From NCBI GenBank assembly GCA_003252385.1, contig QKEH01000137.1, positions 6,598 to 70,597 of the forward strand: a DNA stretch of 64,000 nt. Direction: 5' to 3'. The notes under the pieces were generated by a model, which was given only the letters and a program-made list of their open reading frames with translations, had not been told where the DNA came from and ran no database searches. This document shows positions 63,094 through 64,000 of this stretch, piece after piece; the stretch's first letter is position 1; the number at the start of each line of letters is the position of its first letter. This DNA comes from Bacteroidota bacterium (lineage in GTDB: Bacteria > Bacteroidota > Bacteroidia > Bacteroidales > UBA10428). A program made the position numbers and the translations under genes.

Positions 63094-64000
63094 ATCCGAA
63101 AGCTACTGTACATATTGCTATTTCTACCCATCAACCTTTGGGGTGAAAACTACACGGGTCAACTGTTTACCGAGGGAGACGGGTTACCTCAGCGTTATGT
63201 ATACACCTTAAATCAGGATTACCAAGATTTTATTTGGTTGGGAACCGATCAGGGCATTTTTCGTTTCGACGGGCACTTTTTTTATCCGGTTTCCACTTCA
63301 GATACCGTTTCAGCACGCTTTATTACCACCGGTTTAACCGATGACCAAACCCTGTATTTTGCTACCATGGATGGCCGTATATACGCCCGGAATGAGCTGG
63401 GAATACACAGTCTGGTGCCACCTAAGGATTGGCAAGGTAAAATTACCTGTCTTGCCATGGATCCCGACCATGTGCTTTGGGCCAGTGTGTACAACCGGGG
63501 TTTCATACGGGTTAACCCCAATTTCCGTTGGGATAACGCAGTAGTTCTCCCCGAAACCCAGCTTCCTCCTATCCACCAGTTTGCTTTTCTTACCACCCAC
63601 GAAATACTTGCGGCAACGAATAACGGCTTGTATGTATCCGATGTGGAAGGTAAGACGTGGAAACTGGTTTCCGGTATTCCGGAAACGCGTGTACTGCAAT
63701 TAATTACGACCTCCACGCCTGACGACTGGCTGGTAGTAACCCGGCACGAAGGTATATATCGCATGCGCTTTAGCTCGTCCGAAGTATCGTACGTTCAGCG
63801 TTTGGACAAGCTCTGGCCTGAAAATCCGGCACCGATTCAATGCGCGTATCTGGACGCCACCAACCGACTGTATCTGGCCATCAACGAAAAAGGATTATTT
63901 ACCTCGACACTGCCGGATAGCGGCCTCTGTCCGCCCCCATTACCGGTAGACGCTGCAAATGTCAACTTAAAAAATATTCATTCGCTGTATACCGACCGGG
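63094..64000 (+). CDS. Two-component-regulator beta-propeller (Reg_prop-type) sensor protein, N-terminal part; 3' end outside window; no canonical start codon
   Basis: Not in the ORF track because it runs off the window. The frame is open from 63061 to 63999. Typical propeller-sensor wording (GLPQRYVYTLNQDYQDFIWLGTDQGIFRFDG; LATNNGLYVSD). A signal-peptide-like (I)RKLLYILLFLPINLWG begins at an ATC codon (63094). The only in-frame near-canonical candidates before the propeller are CTG at 63067 and 63106 and TTG at 63115. Confidence 0.6.
   Translation, partial: MRKLLYILLFLPINLWGENYTGQLFTEGDGLPQRYVYTLNQDYQDFIWLGTDQGIFRFDGHFFYPVSTSDTVSARFITTGLTDDQTLYFATMDGRIYARNELGIHSLVPPKDWQGKITCLAMDPDHVLWASVYNRGFIRVNPNFRWDNAVVLPETQLPPIHQFAFLTTHEILAATNNGLYVSDVEGKTWKLVSGIPETRVLQLITTSTPDDWLVVTRHEGIYRMRFSSSEVSYVQRLDKLWPENPAPIQCAYLDATNRLYLAINEKGLFTSTLPDSGLCPPPLPVDAANVNLKNIHSLYTDR

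Noticed and set aside
1-64000. Search for CRISPR arrays, IS elements/transposases, integrases, tRNA/rRNA genes, and toxin-antitoxin or restriction-modification cassettes
   Set aside because: I saw no regularly spaced repeats and no DDE or tyrosine-recombinase-like translations. I also saw no cloverleaf candidates in the intergenic regions and no recognisable defence gene sets. This was an inspection by eye only. tRNAscan-SE, Infernal, ISfinder and DefenseFinder would be the decisive checks.

Overview
The window is a Bacteroidota-type chromosomal segment. Three things support this: type IX secretion C-terminal sorting domains, TAnnTTTG -7 promoter boxes, and the conserved blocks sucD-fabG, rpmB-rpmG-DUF4295-ftsY-rimO and clpC/gyrA-TPR. 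I found no rRNA, tRNA, CRISPR array, transposase or integrase by eye.

- **1-23.7 kb:** mostly housekeeping genes, plus an RND/TolC efflux pair, a LytTR two-component pair and two tandem T9SS-secreted esterases.
- **23.7-52 kb and 54-64 kb:** accessory-looking DNA.

**Most unusual locus (about 32-47 kb):** a stand-alone 1555-aa type I polyketide synthase with domain order KS-AT-DH-ACP-TE and no ketoreductase. A lipocalin-like gene lies 43 nt downstream of it. A 454-bp control region rich in inverted repeats separates it from a divergent set of three genes. These are an orphan CheR-type methyltransferase and two large hybrid histidine kinases. Together the kinases carry 5 receiver domains, and the locus has no Hpt or DNA-binding output. 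The first kinase has a duplicated EEL-rich coiled coil flanking a GAF domain, and this includes a Glu-Glu-x-x-Ala-Ser match to the chemoreceptor methylation consensus. No CheA, CheW, CheB or MCP gene is present in the window. I propose this as a candidate methylation-modulated phosphorelay, possibly coupled to an orphan polyketide. This is inference.

**Other items worth a second look:**
- a 0.56-kb AT-rich non-coding island bracketed by 14-bp direct repeats
- a frameshifted gene remnant next to an Rrf2 regulator
- a 922-aa TPR / 3 x ~200-aa repeat / OmpA protein followed by a patatin-like lipase
- a Thr/Ser/Arg low-complexity secreted protein
- a PD40-PKD / unknown / beta-propeller-sensor trio whose last gene has no canonical start codon

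All functional calls come from reading motifs in the translations. No database search was run.
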